From NCBI GenBank assembly GCA_031554475.1, contig JAVBVF010000022.1:21767-85766 (forward strand): 64,000 nucleotides of DNA, read 5' to 3'. Shown piece after piece: positions 9,534-18,972 of this stretch. A model generated the notes under the pieces. The model was not told the origin of the DNA, did no database searches, and saw nothing but the letters and a program-made list of their open reading frames with translations. A program made the position numbers and the translations under genes. Position 1 is the first letter of the stretch. Each line of letters begins with the position of its first letter. The stretch is from Eubacteriales bacterium (GTDB taxonomy: Bacteria > Bacillota > Clostridia > Christensenellales > Aristaeellaceae).

Positions 9534-9983
9534 TTACTTTTGCTGCATCCGCTTTTGGGTATAAAGCGCGTCCTTGTAGCGCACCGAGGTGCCCCAGGCC
9601 TTTTGCCGCTCAAAGAATACGCCGTTTTGCTCCTGCTTGGGCCAGAGGGTGAAAAGCACAAAGGGCTGGTCGCTCATGGTGTTGTCGATCCAATGGAACA
9701 CATGGGGAGGAATCACGATGATATCTCCGTTTTTGACGGGCAGGCAATCCTCGTCCAGCCAAACGCTGGTGCCAGGGGCCGCCGAGACAATGTAGTACAA
9801 TTCCGTATCATCATGGGCGCCCCCCTCGGTGCGGCAGTGGGGCTGAAGGGTGCCTTCATTGATGTTGATCACCTGCTGGCCGGCCATTTCATCCCCGGTG
9901 AGTATTTTGCTGGAATAGGTTTGATCGCAGACAAAGGATTCCACATTTTCTGCATTGACAAGTTTCCACGGCAGTTTGCTCAT
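9534..9983 (-). CDS. cupin-domain protein (possible sugar isomerase)
   Basis: 149-aa ORF with AAGGAAGGA RBS. GDIIVIPPHVFHW is a cupin motif-like segment. The function is not assignable. Confidence 0.6.
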   Translation of the reverse strand: MSKLPWKLVNAENVESFVCDQTYSSKILTGDEMAGQQVININEGTLQPHCRTEGGAHDDTELYYIVSAAPGTSVWLDEDCLPVKNGDIIVIPPHVFHWIDNTMSDQPFVLFTLWPKQEQNGVFFERQKAWGTSVRYKDALYTQKRMQQK

Positions 9984-10033
9984 GATGGGTTCCTTCCTTT
10001 CTTGACCGTAGCGGGGGATACCCCCGCCAACCG

Positions 10034-11083
10034 TTAGGCTTCAAATTCAACCATGACCTTCACACGGCTGTCATTGCGGGCGGTGACGGCGGCAAAGGCC
10101 TCCTCCACACGGCTGAAGGGGAAGCGGTCCGTAATCATGGGAGAGAGATCGATATGCCCGTTGGAGAGCAGATCCAAAATCTTGGGTCCCATGTTGGGCG
10201 TGCCCGCAGCGCCCACAAGCGTGCAGTTGCGCACAATGAGCCGGTCCAGCTTCACGTTTTTGAGATCCTGCTCGTAAAAACCCGGGATGACTAGATAGCC
10301 GCTGGGACGCAGCAGCATCAGCACATCGTTAAAGATCGAGGGGTCGCCGGTGGTGTCCAGCACCACATCCACCCCCAAGCCATTGGTTTCGCGCATCACC
10401 ACGTCGTACAGGTTTTCCTTCGTGGTGTTCACCAGGATGTCCGCGCCCAAGCGCTTGCCGATGGCCAATTTGGCATCCTTGCGCCCGGCAAGAATGGTTT
10501 TGCCCATGCCCATCCCCTTGGCGCAGGCCATACCGCCCATGCCGATGGGCCCAGTGCCCAGCACCAACAGATTGTTCCCAGGCCCCAGGGGCGCTCGGGT
10601 CAGCCCATACAGGCCAATGGCGGAGGGCTCGATCAGCGCGGCCTGATCCAGGGGGACGTTATCGGGGATCCGAAAAGCGGTCCGCTCCATCACCAGCATA
10701 TATTCGGCAAAGCTCCCGGGCCAGCATTCCCCAATGGTGCCGATGGCGGCCCCATGGACACAATTGTTGTATTCGCCTTTGAGGCAGAATTCGCACTCGC
10801 CGCAAGAATATTGCGTATCGGAGATGATGTTGTCACCCACTTTGATGCGCCTGGTTTCGCTGCCCACTTCCACCACCGTGCCGGACCATTCGTGCCCAAG
10901 GCGCACGGGGTAAATGGGCTCCATGCCCTCGCCTAAGGTGAGGGAGCCTTTCATGATGGAAACGTCGGTGGCGCAGACGCCGGAATAGCGAACCTTTGCC
11001 AGCACCTGACGGGGTCCCACTACGGGCTTGGGCATGTCGACCACACGCAGTTCACCGGGTTGATAGGCCAACAATACTTTCAT
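10034..11083 (-). CDS. Zn-dependent alcohol/polyol dehydrogenase (MDR family; sorbitol/threonine dehydrogenase-like)
   Basis: GHEWSGTVVEVG, a structural-Zn Cys cluster CGECEFCLKGEYNNC, and GTGPIGMG NAD fold. Confidence 0.88.
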   Translation of the reverse strand: MKVLLAYQPGELRVVDMPKPVVGPRQVLAKVRYSGVCATDVSIMKGSLTLGEGMEPIYPVRLGHEWSGTVVEVGSETRRIKVGDNIISDTQYSCGECEFCLKGEYNNCVHGAAIGTIGECWPGSFAEYMLVMERTAFRIPDNVPLDQAALIEPSAIGLYGLTRAPLGPGNNLLVLGTGPIGMGGMACAKGMGMGKTILAGRKDAKLAIGKRLGADILVNTTKENLYDVVMRETNGLGVDVVLDTTGDPSIFNDVLMLLRPSGYLVIPGFYEQDLKNVKLDRLIVRNCTLVGAAGTPNMGPKILDLLSNGHIDLSPMITDRFPFSRVEEAFAAVTARNDSRVKVMVEFEA

Positions 11084-11114
11084 ACTATTTGCTCCATTCC
11101 CAATCGATTATTTC

Positions 11115-11909
11115 TTAAAAGTCACGGGTGTAGCCGCAGATCCAGCCGCCGTCAATGGTGATGATGGCGCCTGTGGTGTACTTGGATTCCTCGCTGGCCA
11201 AAAATACCGTCATGCTGGCGATATCCTCCGGTTCGCCCGGCTTTCCCTGGGGGATGTGGGAGGTCAGCGCTTTGGCTCGTTCAGGGTCAGCATAGAAGAG
11301 CTTTTTGGTGCCTTCAAACAGGATGGAGCCAGGGGCGATCCCATTGACACGGATGTTTAGTTCCGCCAGTTCCAGGGCCATGGCCTTGGTCAGGTTGAAC
11401 ACGCCGGCCTTGGCGGCGGTGAAGGCGCATTGCAGCCGGAGGGGGGTAAGGCCCACGATGGAACCAATGTTGATGATATTGCCGCCCTCGCCCTGCTTTT
11501 GCATCTGCTTGATGGCGGGCTTGGAGCAGTAATAGACGCCGTTGAGATCGATGTTGATGATACGGGCCCACAGGTCGTCGTTGTATTCATGGATGGGTTT
11601 GCGATCCTCGACCCCGCCGTTGATGCCCGCGTTGTTTACCAGGCAATCCAAACGCCCATATAGCTCAACGGTTTTTTGGATCATTTCCTCCGCGCTCTTT
11701 TGATCGCTCACGTCCGTAATGACCGAAGAGCATTCGCCGCCTTCCGCGCGAATGGCGTCCACCACTTCGTTAAGGGTGGCGGCGGTACGGCCCGCTACCA
11801 CCACCTTGGCGCCGTTTCCTGCAAATTGTTTTGCCATGGCGCTTCCAATCGCTCCGCCACCGCCGGTAATAATCACAACTTTTCCCTTCAGATCGTCCAC
11901 TCTAACCAT
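11115..11909 (-). CDS. SDR-family oxidoreductase
   Basis: ITGGGGAIGSA and a FTAAKAG catalytic region; GGGAGG RBS. Confidence 0.85.
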   Translation of the reverse strand: MVRVDDLKGKVVIITGGGGAIGSAMAKQFAGNGAKVVVAGRTAATLNEVVDAIRAEGGECSSVITDVSDQKSAEEMIQKTVELYGRLDCLVNNAGINGGVEDRKPIHEYNDDLWARIINIDLNGVYYCSKPAIKQMQKQGEGGNIINIGSIVGLTPLRLQCAFTAAKAGVFNLTKAMALELAELNIRVNGIAPGSILFEGTKKLFYADPERAKALTSHIPQGKPGEPEDIASMTVFLASEESKYTTGAIITIDGGWICGYTRDF

Positions 11910-11946
11910 AACCAGTGCCTCCCATCAAACAGAATTGAAAATGGAA

Positions 11947-12942
11947 TCAAGCGGGAACCTTGCGCTTTTGCTTATAGATGTCAAACAGCACGGCGCCTGC
12001 CATCAGCGCGCCCTGCACCGCGATGCGCATGCTTGTGGGCAACCCCAAGAAGATGATGGCGTTTTCCGCCGCGAAGACCAAGAGCACACCGATCAAGATG
12101 CCTACAGGAGATCCCTTGCCGCCGCTGAGGCTTACACCGCCCACCACGCAGGCGGCAATGGCGCGGAACTCCCAACCGTCGCCGTTCTCGGGAAGCCCCA
12201 GAGCATAATCCAGGGTCAGCATAATGCCGGCCACGCCCGAAAGGAAGGAGGAAATGACATAAGCCGCCATTCGCATCCGTTTGGTGTTGATGCCGGCCAG
12301 TACCGCTACCTCGCGGTTGTCGCCTGTGGCCAGCATTCTGCGGCCCCAGAGGGTCTTTTTGATGACCACAAAGGCGATGGTGAAAAGGATCAGCATGATC
12401 CAAAAGGGTGGCAGCATGCCCAGGAAATGTCGGTCAAACAGTGCGGTGTAGGGGAACCCGGGAACCTGATCCAGCGCAAACTGGTATCCCTTGATAAACA
12501 AGTACCGGGCGCCGCCGATGATGTACATCGTACCCATGGTGGCCACGAAATCCGGTACGCCGAAGTGTACCACCAAGAGGCCATTGACCAGGCCAATCAC
12601 CACACAGCAAGCCAGGGAAAACAGAATGGCGCTTTCTCCCGACCAGCCGTAATCGCAGACAAAGGACGCGGTGATGATCCCGGCGAAGCCCGCCACACGG
12701 CCCGTGGAAATATCCACGTTGCCCGTCATGAGCGGGAAGGCCGCGCCCAGCGCGCACACGGCAATGAAGGGGATTTGGGTGAACATGGCGGAAAAGTTCT
12801 TGATGGTGAGGAAATCCGGCCGAATCAGCGTGGTCACGAAAATAATGGCCAATAGGGGAATGGTGACGCTGACTTCATCTGAACGCACAAAACGGCGGAG
12901 GAAGGATGCCTTGTTTTGCGCGGTACCTTGGCTATTTTGCAT
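11947..12942 (-). CDS. sugar ABC transporter permease (RbsC/AraH type)
   Basis: 331-aa hydrophobic ORF with a multi-TM profile and GAGGAG RBS, located in the operon with the ATPase. Confidence 0.85.
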   Translation of the reverse strand: MQNSQGTAQNKASFLRRFVRSDEVSVTIPLLAIIFVTTLIRPDFLTIKNFSAMFTQIPFIAVCALGAAFPLMTGNVDISTGRVAGFAGIITASFVCDYGWSGESAILFSLACCVVIGLVNGLLVVHFGVPDFVATMGTMYIIGGARYLFIKGYQFALDQVPGFPYTALFDRHFLGMLPPFWIMLILFTIAFVVIKKTLWGRRMLATGDNREVAVLAGINTKRMRMAAYVISSFLSGVAGIMLTLDYALGLPENGDGWEFRAIAACVVGGVSLSGGKGSPVGILIGVLLVFAAENAIIFLGLPTSMRIAVQGALMAGAVLFDIYKQKRKVPA

Positions 12943-12960
12943 GAATACTCCTCCTTCCCA

Positions 12961-13965
12961 TTATCTGGCGATACGCTTGGCTTCCATGCGCTTGCGTTGG
13001 ATATCTATCAGTACGGCCAGCACCAGAATGGCGCCGATGAGCACCAGCTGCAGGTTGGTATCCACCTTCAAAAGCCGCAGGCAATTCCACAGGACGTGGA
13101 AGAGCAGCACCCCTAAGCCCACGCCATAGATGGAGCCCTGGCCGCCCGCCATGGAGATACCGCCGATAGCACAACAGATAATGGCGCGAAATTCGCGGCC
13201 GGAGCCATAGACAGAGGACGCGTTTAGTGTGGTGAGCACATCAAACAGACCGCTGACCGCAGCCAAGCCGCCCGCTAGCATGAACACCAATAGCTTGACG
13301 CGGTTCACGTTGATCCCCGCCATTTGCGCGGCTTCCTTGTTGCCGCCTACCGCTCGCAGCCGGTAGCCAAAGGTGGTTTTGCGCACCACAAAGTCTAACA
13401 GCACAATGAGGCCGATGAAAATGAAGAACAACCAAGACAGCCCCAAGGGCTTGGGCCGGGTAAACACCTTGGTCCCCAACGTTTCAATGGGGATGGGAAG
13501 GCCTTCGCTGAAGGTTACGGCCAGGCCGTTACAGATAAACTGGGTCGCCAGGGTGGTGATCCAGGCGCTGAGGCCGAGCTTGGTGACCATCAGGCCGTTG
13601 ACCGCGCCCACCAGGACGCCAGTGCCCAGGGTAACCAGCAAAGTGGGGATCAACGGCCAGCCGAGCCTGTCGCAGACCATGCCGCCGACGATACCGGCCA
13701 GGCATCCGGACATACCTATGGACAGATCAATTTCACCTGCCATGAGCACCAGGGATTCCCCTAGGGCCGCCACGCCAATGAAGATGCTTCCCGTGAGAAT
13801 GGTAGAGAAATATTTCCAAGTCAGCAGGCTTTCATTGAGGCTTGCCGTAACCGCCATAATGATGATGATGGGGATCAGGATGCCAATTTCCGGAGTCATG
13901 AACAGCCGAAAGGCCATATCACCACTTCGCCGTTTCATCTCCTGTGTCGCCTGTATGTTACTCAC
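12961..13965 (-). CDS. sugar ABC transporter permease (RbsC/AraH type), second copy
   Basis: 334-aa hydrophobic ORF. GTG start at 13965, 6 nt after AAGGGGGA. Confidence 0.82.
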   Translation of the reverse strand: MSNIQATQEMKRRSGDMAFRLFMTPEIGILIPIIIIMAVTASLNESLLTWKYFSTILTGSIFIGVAALGESLVLMAGEIDLSIGMSGCLAGIVGGMVCDRLGWPLIPTLLVTLGTGVLVGAVNGLMVTKLGLSAWITTLATQFICNGLAVTFSEGLPIPIETLGTKVFTRPKPLGLSWLFFIFIGLIVLLDFVVRKTTFGYRLRAVGGNKEAAQMAGINVNRVKLLVFMLAGGLAAVSGLFDVLTTLNASSVYGSGREFRAIICCAIGGISMAGGQGSIYGVGLGVLLFHVLWNCLRLLKVDTNLQLVLIGAILVLAVLIDIQRKRMEAKRIAR

Positions 13966-13986
13966 AGTGGTTCCCCCTTCAGCGCC

Positions 13987-15546
13987 TTACGCGATGGTTT
14001 TGAACGTTTTGACAGCGAGCTCCATGATGGCCGTCTCGCTGGCGTTTCCTTCCAGCTCGCCTGCCAAGCGCCCTTCCGCCATGACGACGAACCGATCCGA
14101 CATGGCCATCAATTCGGGCAGCTCGGAGGAGATCATGATGATTGCCTTTCCTTGCTTAGCCATGTCATTGATATGCAAGTAAATTTCGTTTTTGGAGCCT
14201 ACGTCGATGCCCTTGGTGGGTTCGTCTAGGATCATGATGGCTGGCTCGGCGTTCAAAGACCGGGCGATAACCACCTTTTGCTGATTGCCGCCCGACAGGG
14301 TGTTGACCATGGTTTTGATGGACGGCGCTTTGATCCGGAGCTGCTCATAGTAGGCTTTGGCGCGGCGCCTGAGCTTTGCGTTGCTCACGATGGAGGCGTT
14401 GCTCACTTCGCCCAGATTGGAAATGCACACATTGTCTTTGATGTCCCAAACGAAATTGAGGCCGAATTTTTTCCGGTCCTCACTCACCATGCCAATGCCC
14501 TTGCGCACGGCCTGGTCTGAAGAGTGGATGCGGACCTTTTTACCGTTAATGTAGATGGAGCCGGAACGAATGGGCAACATGCCGTACAGCGCCATGCAGA
14601 CCTCGCTGCGCCCTGCGCCCACCAGGCCGGCCATGCCCAGCACCTCCCCTGCACGAACGGAGAAGGAGATATTTTCTACTAGGTTTTTGTGTGCGATATA
14701 GGGATGAGAGATGGTCAGGTTCTCTACCCGGAGAACCTCCTCTCCGATTTCCGCTTTTTCTTTCACATAGAGGCTCTTGAGCTCGCGGCCAATCATGTCA
14801 TGAATGATCGTGCTGGTATCGTATTGCTGGTGCTCAAAAGTCGATATGTTCCGGCCGTCCCGCAGGATGGTGACCCGATCGGTAAGCTCCATGATTTCCG
14901 CCAGTTTGTGGGTTACGAAAATGATGCTGGTGCCTTTATCCTTCAGCTTGCGAACCACTTCGAAGAGCTGTTGCACATCTTTGGCGGATAGGGAGGTGGT
15001 GGGTTCGTCCAAGATCAGCACCTTCGGGTCCGTGGCCAAAGCGCGGGCAATCATCAGCATTTGTTGCTGCCCGATGGACAGCTTGCGCACATCTGCCCGA
15101 GGGTCCAGGTTGATGTGGTTTTTGGCCAATAAATCCGAGGTGGCCTGGTACATTTCACGGAAATTGACAAAGGGGACTTTGCCCCTGAGGGCTTTGCCCG
15201 CATTGGCGCGGGGCTTATGCAATTTTAGGTCCGCCATGTAAATATTTTCAGCAACGGAGCTGTATTTGAGCACGTTGATTTCCTGGGGCACATATCCGAT
15301 CCCAAGGCGAATGGCATCATTGGGATTGGCGGGCTGGATTTCTTGCCCTTCGATTTTCAAAACACCCGAATAGGACCCATGTGGATAAATCCCGTTGAGC
15401 ACTTTGAGCAGCGTGGATTTCCCAGCGCCGTTTTCGCCAATGAGGCCCAACACCTCGCCCTGGCGGACGTCGATGCATACGTTATCGTTAGCCACCACGC
15501 CCGGGAACTTTTTGGTGATGTTGATCGCTTCCAGTACATAGTTCAT
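13987..15546 (-). CDS. sugar ABC transporter ATP-binding protein, duplicated ABC domains (RbsA/MglA type)
   Basis: Walker A GENGAGKST, signature LSIGQQQ and LSGGNQQK, Walker B ILDEPT twice. Confidence 0.92.
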   Translation of the reverse strand: MNYVLEAINITKKFPGVVANDNVCIDVRQGEVLGLIGENGAGKSTLLKVLNGIYPHGSYSGVLKIEGQEIQPANPNDAIRLGIGYVPQEINVLKYSSVAENIYMADLKLHKPRANAGKALRGKVPFVNFREMYQATSDLLAKNHINLDPRADVRKLSIGQQQMLMIARALATDPKVLILDEPTTSLSAKDVQQLFEVVRKLKDKGTSIIFVTHKLAEIMELTDRVTILRDGRNISTFEHQQYDTSTIIHDMIGRELKSLYVKEKAEIGEEVLRVENLTISHPYIAHKNLVENISFSVRAGEVLGMAGLVGAGRSEVCMALYGMLPIRSGSIYINGKKVRIHSSDQAVRKGIGMVSEDRKKFGLNFVWDIKDNVCISNLGEVSNASIVSNAKLRRRAKAYYEQLRIKAPSIKTMVNTLSGGNQQKVVIARSLNAEPAIMILDEPTKGIDVGSKNEIYLHINDMAKQGKAIIMISSELPELMAMSDRFVVMAEGRLAGELEGNASETAIMELAVKTFKTIA

Positions 15547-15596
15547 GATTTCATCTCACCTTACTTCTGTGCTCGCTTGGGCTTTTTGATAGAGGG

Positions 15597-15628
15597 GCGG
15601 GCGTGCCCTAAGGCTAAGGCAAGCCCGC
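15597..15628 (-). other. GC-rich intercistronic hairpin between the binding-protein gene and the ATPase gene
   Basis: GCGGGCGTGCC-N10-GGCAAGCCCGC (10 of 11 bp) with no U tract. The position is typical of mRNA-stabilising or attenuating hairpins after ABC binding-protein genes. Confidence 0.4.
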
Positions 15629-15671
15629 ACCCGCTCGGGTTGATGAATCGCGTTTGAGAAAATCTTGTGGA

Positions 15672-16688
15672 TTACTTGAAGAACGTGGCGACCTGGGCAG
15701 CGATGTCCTTATGGAAAGCAATGCCGTTCTCGCCTTCGCCGTCCTTGGTGACGATGGGAGCAGTCAAATCGGTCCAGGCGGGCACTTCCTCGCCACGGAA
15801 CACCTTATCCATGTATTCCATGGTCTTGTAGGCTTCCTGGTACAGGGGCTGAGCGACCAGCGCCAGCACCTTGCCGGATTCCAGAGCGTTCAGGTTGCCT
15901 TCGGTGGCGTCCATGCCGATGATGGCGATTTCGCCGTCAGCTTTGCCGGCCTTGGTGGCGGCATCGGACCAGGTGATGGGGGAGTTGCCGGTGGTGCCGA
16001 ACGCGCCGATGATGTCGGGGTGGGCCTGGATGATGGCCAGGTTCACAGCGGTGGCGGAATCAACCACAGCGCCCTCAAGCTCGGTATCCAGGAGGGCGAT
16101 GCCTTCCAGCTTCATGGTCTTGGCCAGTTCCGCCCAAGTGGCGCGGAAGCTATCGTTGGCAGCATTCTCGGTCACGTTGCGGGTGTTCTGGGTGATGGCG
16201 ATGGAGCCGGTTTTGCCTTCCAGGGTCTTAGCCAGAAGCTCGGCAGACTGCTTGCCGTAAAGAACGGGATCGCAGGCCATGTTGAACTACAGGCCTTCGG
16301 GGAGGGAGCCGTCCTCGCCGCGGAGATTGAAGTGAGCCACGCCCACCACAGCGCCGCCGGCGCCCGCGTTGGCAATGCACTCAAAACCGGTGGAATCGCC
16401 GACCCACGCCATGACGCCCTTGCCGCCCTCGGCAACGAAGGAGTCAATCGCGGCGAACACTTCGGCATTGTCGGTACCCTCGGTGCCAATGACCTTCGCG
16501 TTGGTGTAGCCCAGCTCCTGGGCGGCCTTCAGGAAGCCCAGCTGCACAATGCGGTGCACGGGATGGTTATACACCATCATTGCGATGGACACAGGATAGT
16601 CCGCCGGATTGAACTCCGTGGCCAGAGCGGTCGCAGCCACGGTGAACAGCATCGCCAGAGTGAGAACGAAAGCCAGGATCTTCTTCAT
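15672..16688 (-). pseudogene. ribose-type periplasmic sugar-binding protein interrupted by one in-frame TAG (16287-16289)
   Basis: ORFs 16287-16817 and 15672-16280 are in the same frame. Reading the minus strand gives CCC GAA GGC CTG TAG TTC AAC ATG GCC. The N-terminal half has a signal peptide, MKKILAFVLTLAMLFTVAATALA (ATG 16688, GAGGAGG RBS). The C-terminal half continues the binding-protein fold. Confidence 0.75.
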
Positions 16689-16769
16689 GATTTTTGCCTC
16701 CTCGTTTTTTATCTCCTTATACCCTGGACTGGCCAGGGGTATAATCATCCAAATGGCTACAGCAAAGAA

Positions 16770-16785
16770 GCGTAAGCGCTTACGC
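16770..16785. promoter_or_regulatory. LacI-type operator candidate O2, perfect 16-bp palindrome GCGTAAGCGCTTACGC
   Basis: Perfect inverted repeat 82 nt upstream of the binding-protein start codon. Related copies are at 16846 and 20517. Confidence 0.6.
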
Positions 16786-16845
16786 AACGAAAATAAAGAA
16801 AGAAGTTTCACTTCCATTGTGCATTGTCGTGAAAGTCATAGCCGT

Positions 16846-16863
16846 TGCGTAAACGCTTACGCA
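16846..16863. promoter_or_regulatory. LacI-type operator candidate O1, TGCGTAAACGCTTACGCA
   Basis: 18-bp near-perfect palindrome 6 nt downstream of the predicted -10 of the minus-strand ABC operon promoter. Confidence 0.6.
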
Positions 16864-16869
16864 TTGGGG

Positions 16870-16899
16870 GATATAAAAGTCGGTCAGTTCACATGTCAA
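16870..16899 (-). promoter_or_regulatory. sigma-70-type promoter candidate for the ABC/dehydrogenase operon
   Basis: Minus strand TTGACA (16899-16894), 18-nt spacer, TATATC (16875-16870). Confidence 0.5.
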
Positions 16900-17001
16900 A
16901 CGATCAATTATGCTTGACCACATCATACAATGCCGACGACTCCCTGTCAAGGGGTTTTCCAGGGAATGGATTGTTTATTTTTTATCAAGAACGTTTTGGG
17001 C

Positions 17002-17793
17002 TCAGCCGGTATACGCTTCTCCTTGGCAAAGCAAGTGGAGCCGTACGGCTGGAGCTTCCGTGGCCATGGCGTCGATCAGCTCCTGGGGATCGCCGTGATG
17101 GAGGGGAAAGGTCCAAAAGTGACAGGGGATGAGTACCTTACTGCAGAGCATGGCCGCATAGCGGGCCGCCAAAGCGCCGTTAAGATTGCCAAAGGCTCCG
17201 TTGATGGGCAAAAGCGAGACATCCGGCTTGGCTTTTAGGGCGGCGGCAAGGCGGCGGGGCGTGAGGGCGGTATCCCCCGCGAAATAGACGGTTTCAAAGC
17301 CGAAATCCAAGAGAAAACCCAGCGCTTCCGGCGCTAGCTCGCCATGGTCGCAATCCACCGCCGTCAGGCGGCATTCGGGCAGAATTTGGGCTTCTTCTCC
17401 CTTGCCTAGCACCGTTACCCGGGCGCTGTCCAGCCCCATGTCGCTGATCTGGGCTGCCACCAGGCCGCTGGTATACACGCGGGTCTGACCGTTAGCCATC
17501 AGGGACGCGATGGAATCCGTGTCGAAATGGTCGCCGTGTTCGTGGGAGATCAACAGCACATCCGGACAGATTTCTTCGGCCCGGCAGGGGGGGGGCGAAA
17601 GGCGCTTGAAGCCTGGAGCCATCTCGGGAAAGAGGCGCTCCACAGTATCGGACAGATACGGATCAATGACCAGGGTATGGCCCTGGTGGGTTTTGAGCAG
17701 AAAGCCTGCCTGCCCTAACCAAAAGATGGCCACCTGCTGGGGGGGGACCTGCGCCTGTTTCACCGATTGCATCCATTCCATGGTTCGTTCCAT
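17002..17793 (-). CDS. MBL-fold metallo-hydrolase (UlaG / L-ascorbate-6-phosphate lactonase-like)
   Basis: Within ORF 17002-17910. Start MERTMEWMQ at 17793 (17781 is also possible). Motif ISHEHGDHFD and a later CDHG. Confidence 0.75.
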   Translation of the reverse strand: MERTMEWMQSVKQAQVPPQQVAIFWLGQAGFLLKTHQGHTLVIDPYLSDTVERLFPEMAPGFKRLSPPPCRAEEICPDVLLISHEHGDHFDTDSIASLMANGQTRVYTSGLVAAQISDMGLDSARVTVLGKGEEAQILPECRLTAVDCDHGELAPEALGFLLDFGFETVYFAGDTALTPRRLAAALKAKPDVSLLPINGAFGNLNGALAARYAAMLCSKVLIPCHFWTFPLHHGDPQELIDAMATEAPAVRLHLLCQGEAYTG

Positions 17794-17842
17794 CCTTTCT
17801 GATCTGCCGCCTTCGGGAAACAACCGACCGAAGAGGGCATTG

Positions 17843-17871
17843 TTGATGATCCGGGGGAATGATGATATACT
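17843..17871 (+). promoter_or_regulatory. sigma-70-type promoter candidate for the LacI-family regulator gene
   Basis: TTGATG, 17-nt spacer, TATACT; located 67 nt upstream of the TTG start at 17938. Confidence 0.4.
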
Positions 17872-17937
17872 GAGGGCGAAAACAAAAGCATTTCCGGAGG
17901 GATGAGCCACCGGTCATCTGGTAAGGAAGGGATCTAC

Positions 17938-18972
17938 TTGAGCAAACGAGTCACAATTTACGATATTGCCGCAAAACTGGGGGTTTCCATCGCCACGGTG
18001 AACCGGGCGCTGACCAACAAACCCCGGGTGAGTGTGGAAACCAGGCAGCGCGTGCTGGCAACCGCCGAAGAGATGGGCTTTACCCCCAATGCCCTTGCGC
18101 GTTCCCTGTCACGGCAGCCCATTCGGTTGGCCGCGGTGGCGTTTACCAACTTTCCGCAATTTCACAACAGCTTTTTGGACGGTGTGCGCTCCGCGCTGGC
18201 GGAACTGCGGGATTTCAATGTACAGGTGGATTGCTTCAGTTATGATGACGGTTTGTCTAACTCTGAGCAGGGCACGGCCTTTTTGGTGGATACCTATTCC
18301 CACATCGCTGACGCCCATTACGATGGGGCGCTGGTTTGCGGAAAAACCACCGACCATACCCGCATCCTTAGTGAAAACGGCGTGATGGTTGCCACGGTGG
18401 TCAACGATACCGCCCCGTCCATGCGGAAGTTCTGCGTGAAATATAACGGGCGGGTGGCGGGCCGCGTGGCTGCCGAGCTGCTGTATCACTACGGGGACCA
18501 GGAACGGTGTGTGTACATTGCCTCGGGCGGAGAGCCGTTATACAGCATCCATACCGAAATGGTCAACGGGTTTCGGGAGCAGCTGGCGGTGACGCCGCTG
18601 CGCCTGGCGGGGGTATACAGCCATTACGACGATCCGCACCTGGCCTATGAGGAGACCCTGCGCGTTTTGGAGGAATGCCCGGACCTGGGAGGCATCTACG
18701 TAAACTCCTTCAATTCTATGGGCGTGATCAAGGCGGTGGTGGAGCGCTCTTTGGCGGGCAAGGTTTGCCTGATCACCTCTGATATCTATCCGGAATTGCG
18801 TCCTTATATTCGGGAGGGCGTGGTATCCGCCTCCCTCTTTCAAAATCAGTATCATCAAGGGAGAAAGGCGCTTCAATTGCTATACCACAGCATCGCCGAT
18901 GGCATCAAAGTGCCCGATACCACCATGGTGGAGCCGAAAATCATTCTGCGCAGCAACCTGGAGTTGTTTTAA
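17938..18972 (+). CDS. LacI-family transcriptional regulator
   Basis: Within ORF 17902-18972. TTG at 17938 after AAGGAAGG gives (M)SKRVTIYDIAAKLGVSIATVNRALTNKP, a helix-turn-helix, followed by a periplasmic-binding-fold body. Confidence 0.9.
   Translation: MSKRVTIYDIAAKLGVSIATVNRALTNKPRVSVETRQRVLATAEEMGFTPNALARSLSRQPIRLAAVAFTNFPQFHNSFLDGVRSALAELRDFNVQVDCFSYDDGLSNSEQGTAFLVDTYSHIADAHYDGALVCGKTTDHTRILSENGVMVATVVNDTAPSMRKFCVKYNGRVAGRVAAELLYHYGDQERCVYIASGGEPLYSIHTEMVNGFREQLAVTPLRLAGVYSHYDDPHLAYEETLRVLEECPDLGGIYVNSFNSMGVIKAVVERSLAGKVCLITSDIYPELRPYIREGVVSASLFQNQYHQGRKALQLLYHSIADGIKVPDTTMVEPKIILRSNLELF

Noticed and set aside
16287-16289. The in-frame TAG in the binding-protein gene as pyrrolysine or a reassigned sense codon
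   Set aside because: TAG terminates at least four well-supported genes in the same window at the expected protein ends. No pyl genes are visible. A nonsense mutation or sequencing error is the simpler explanation.
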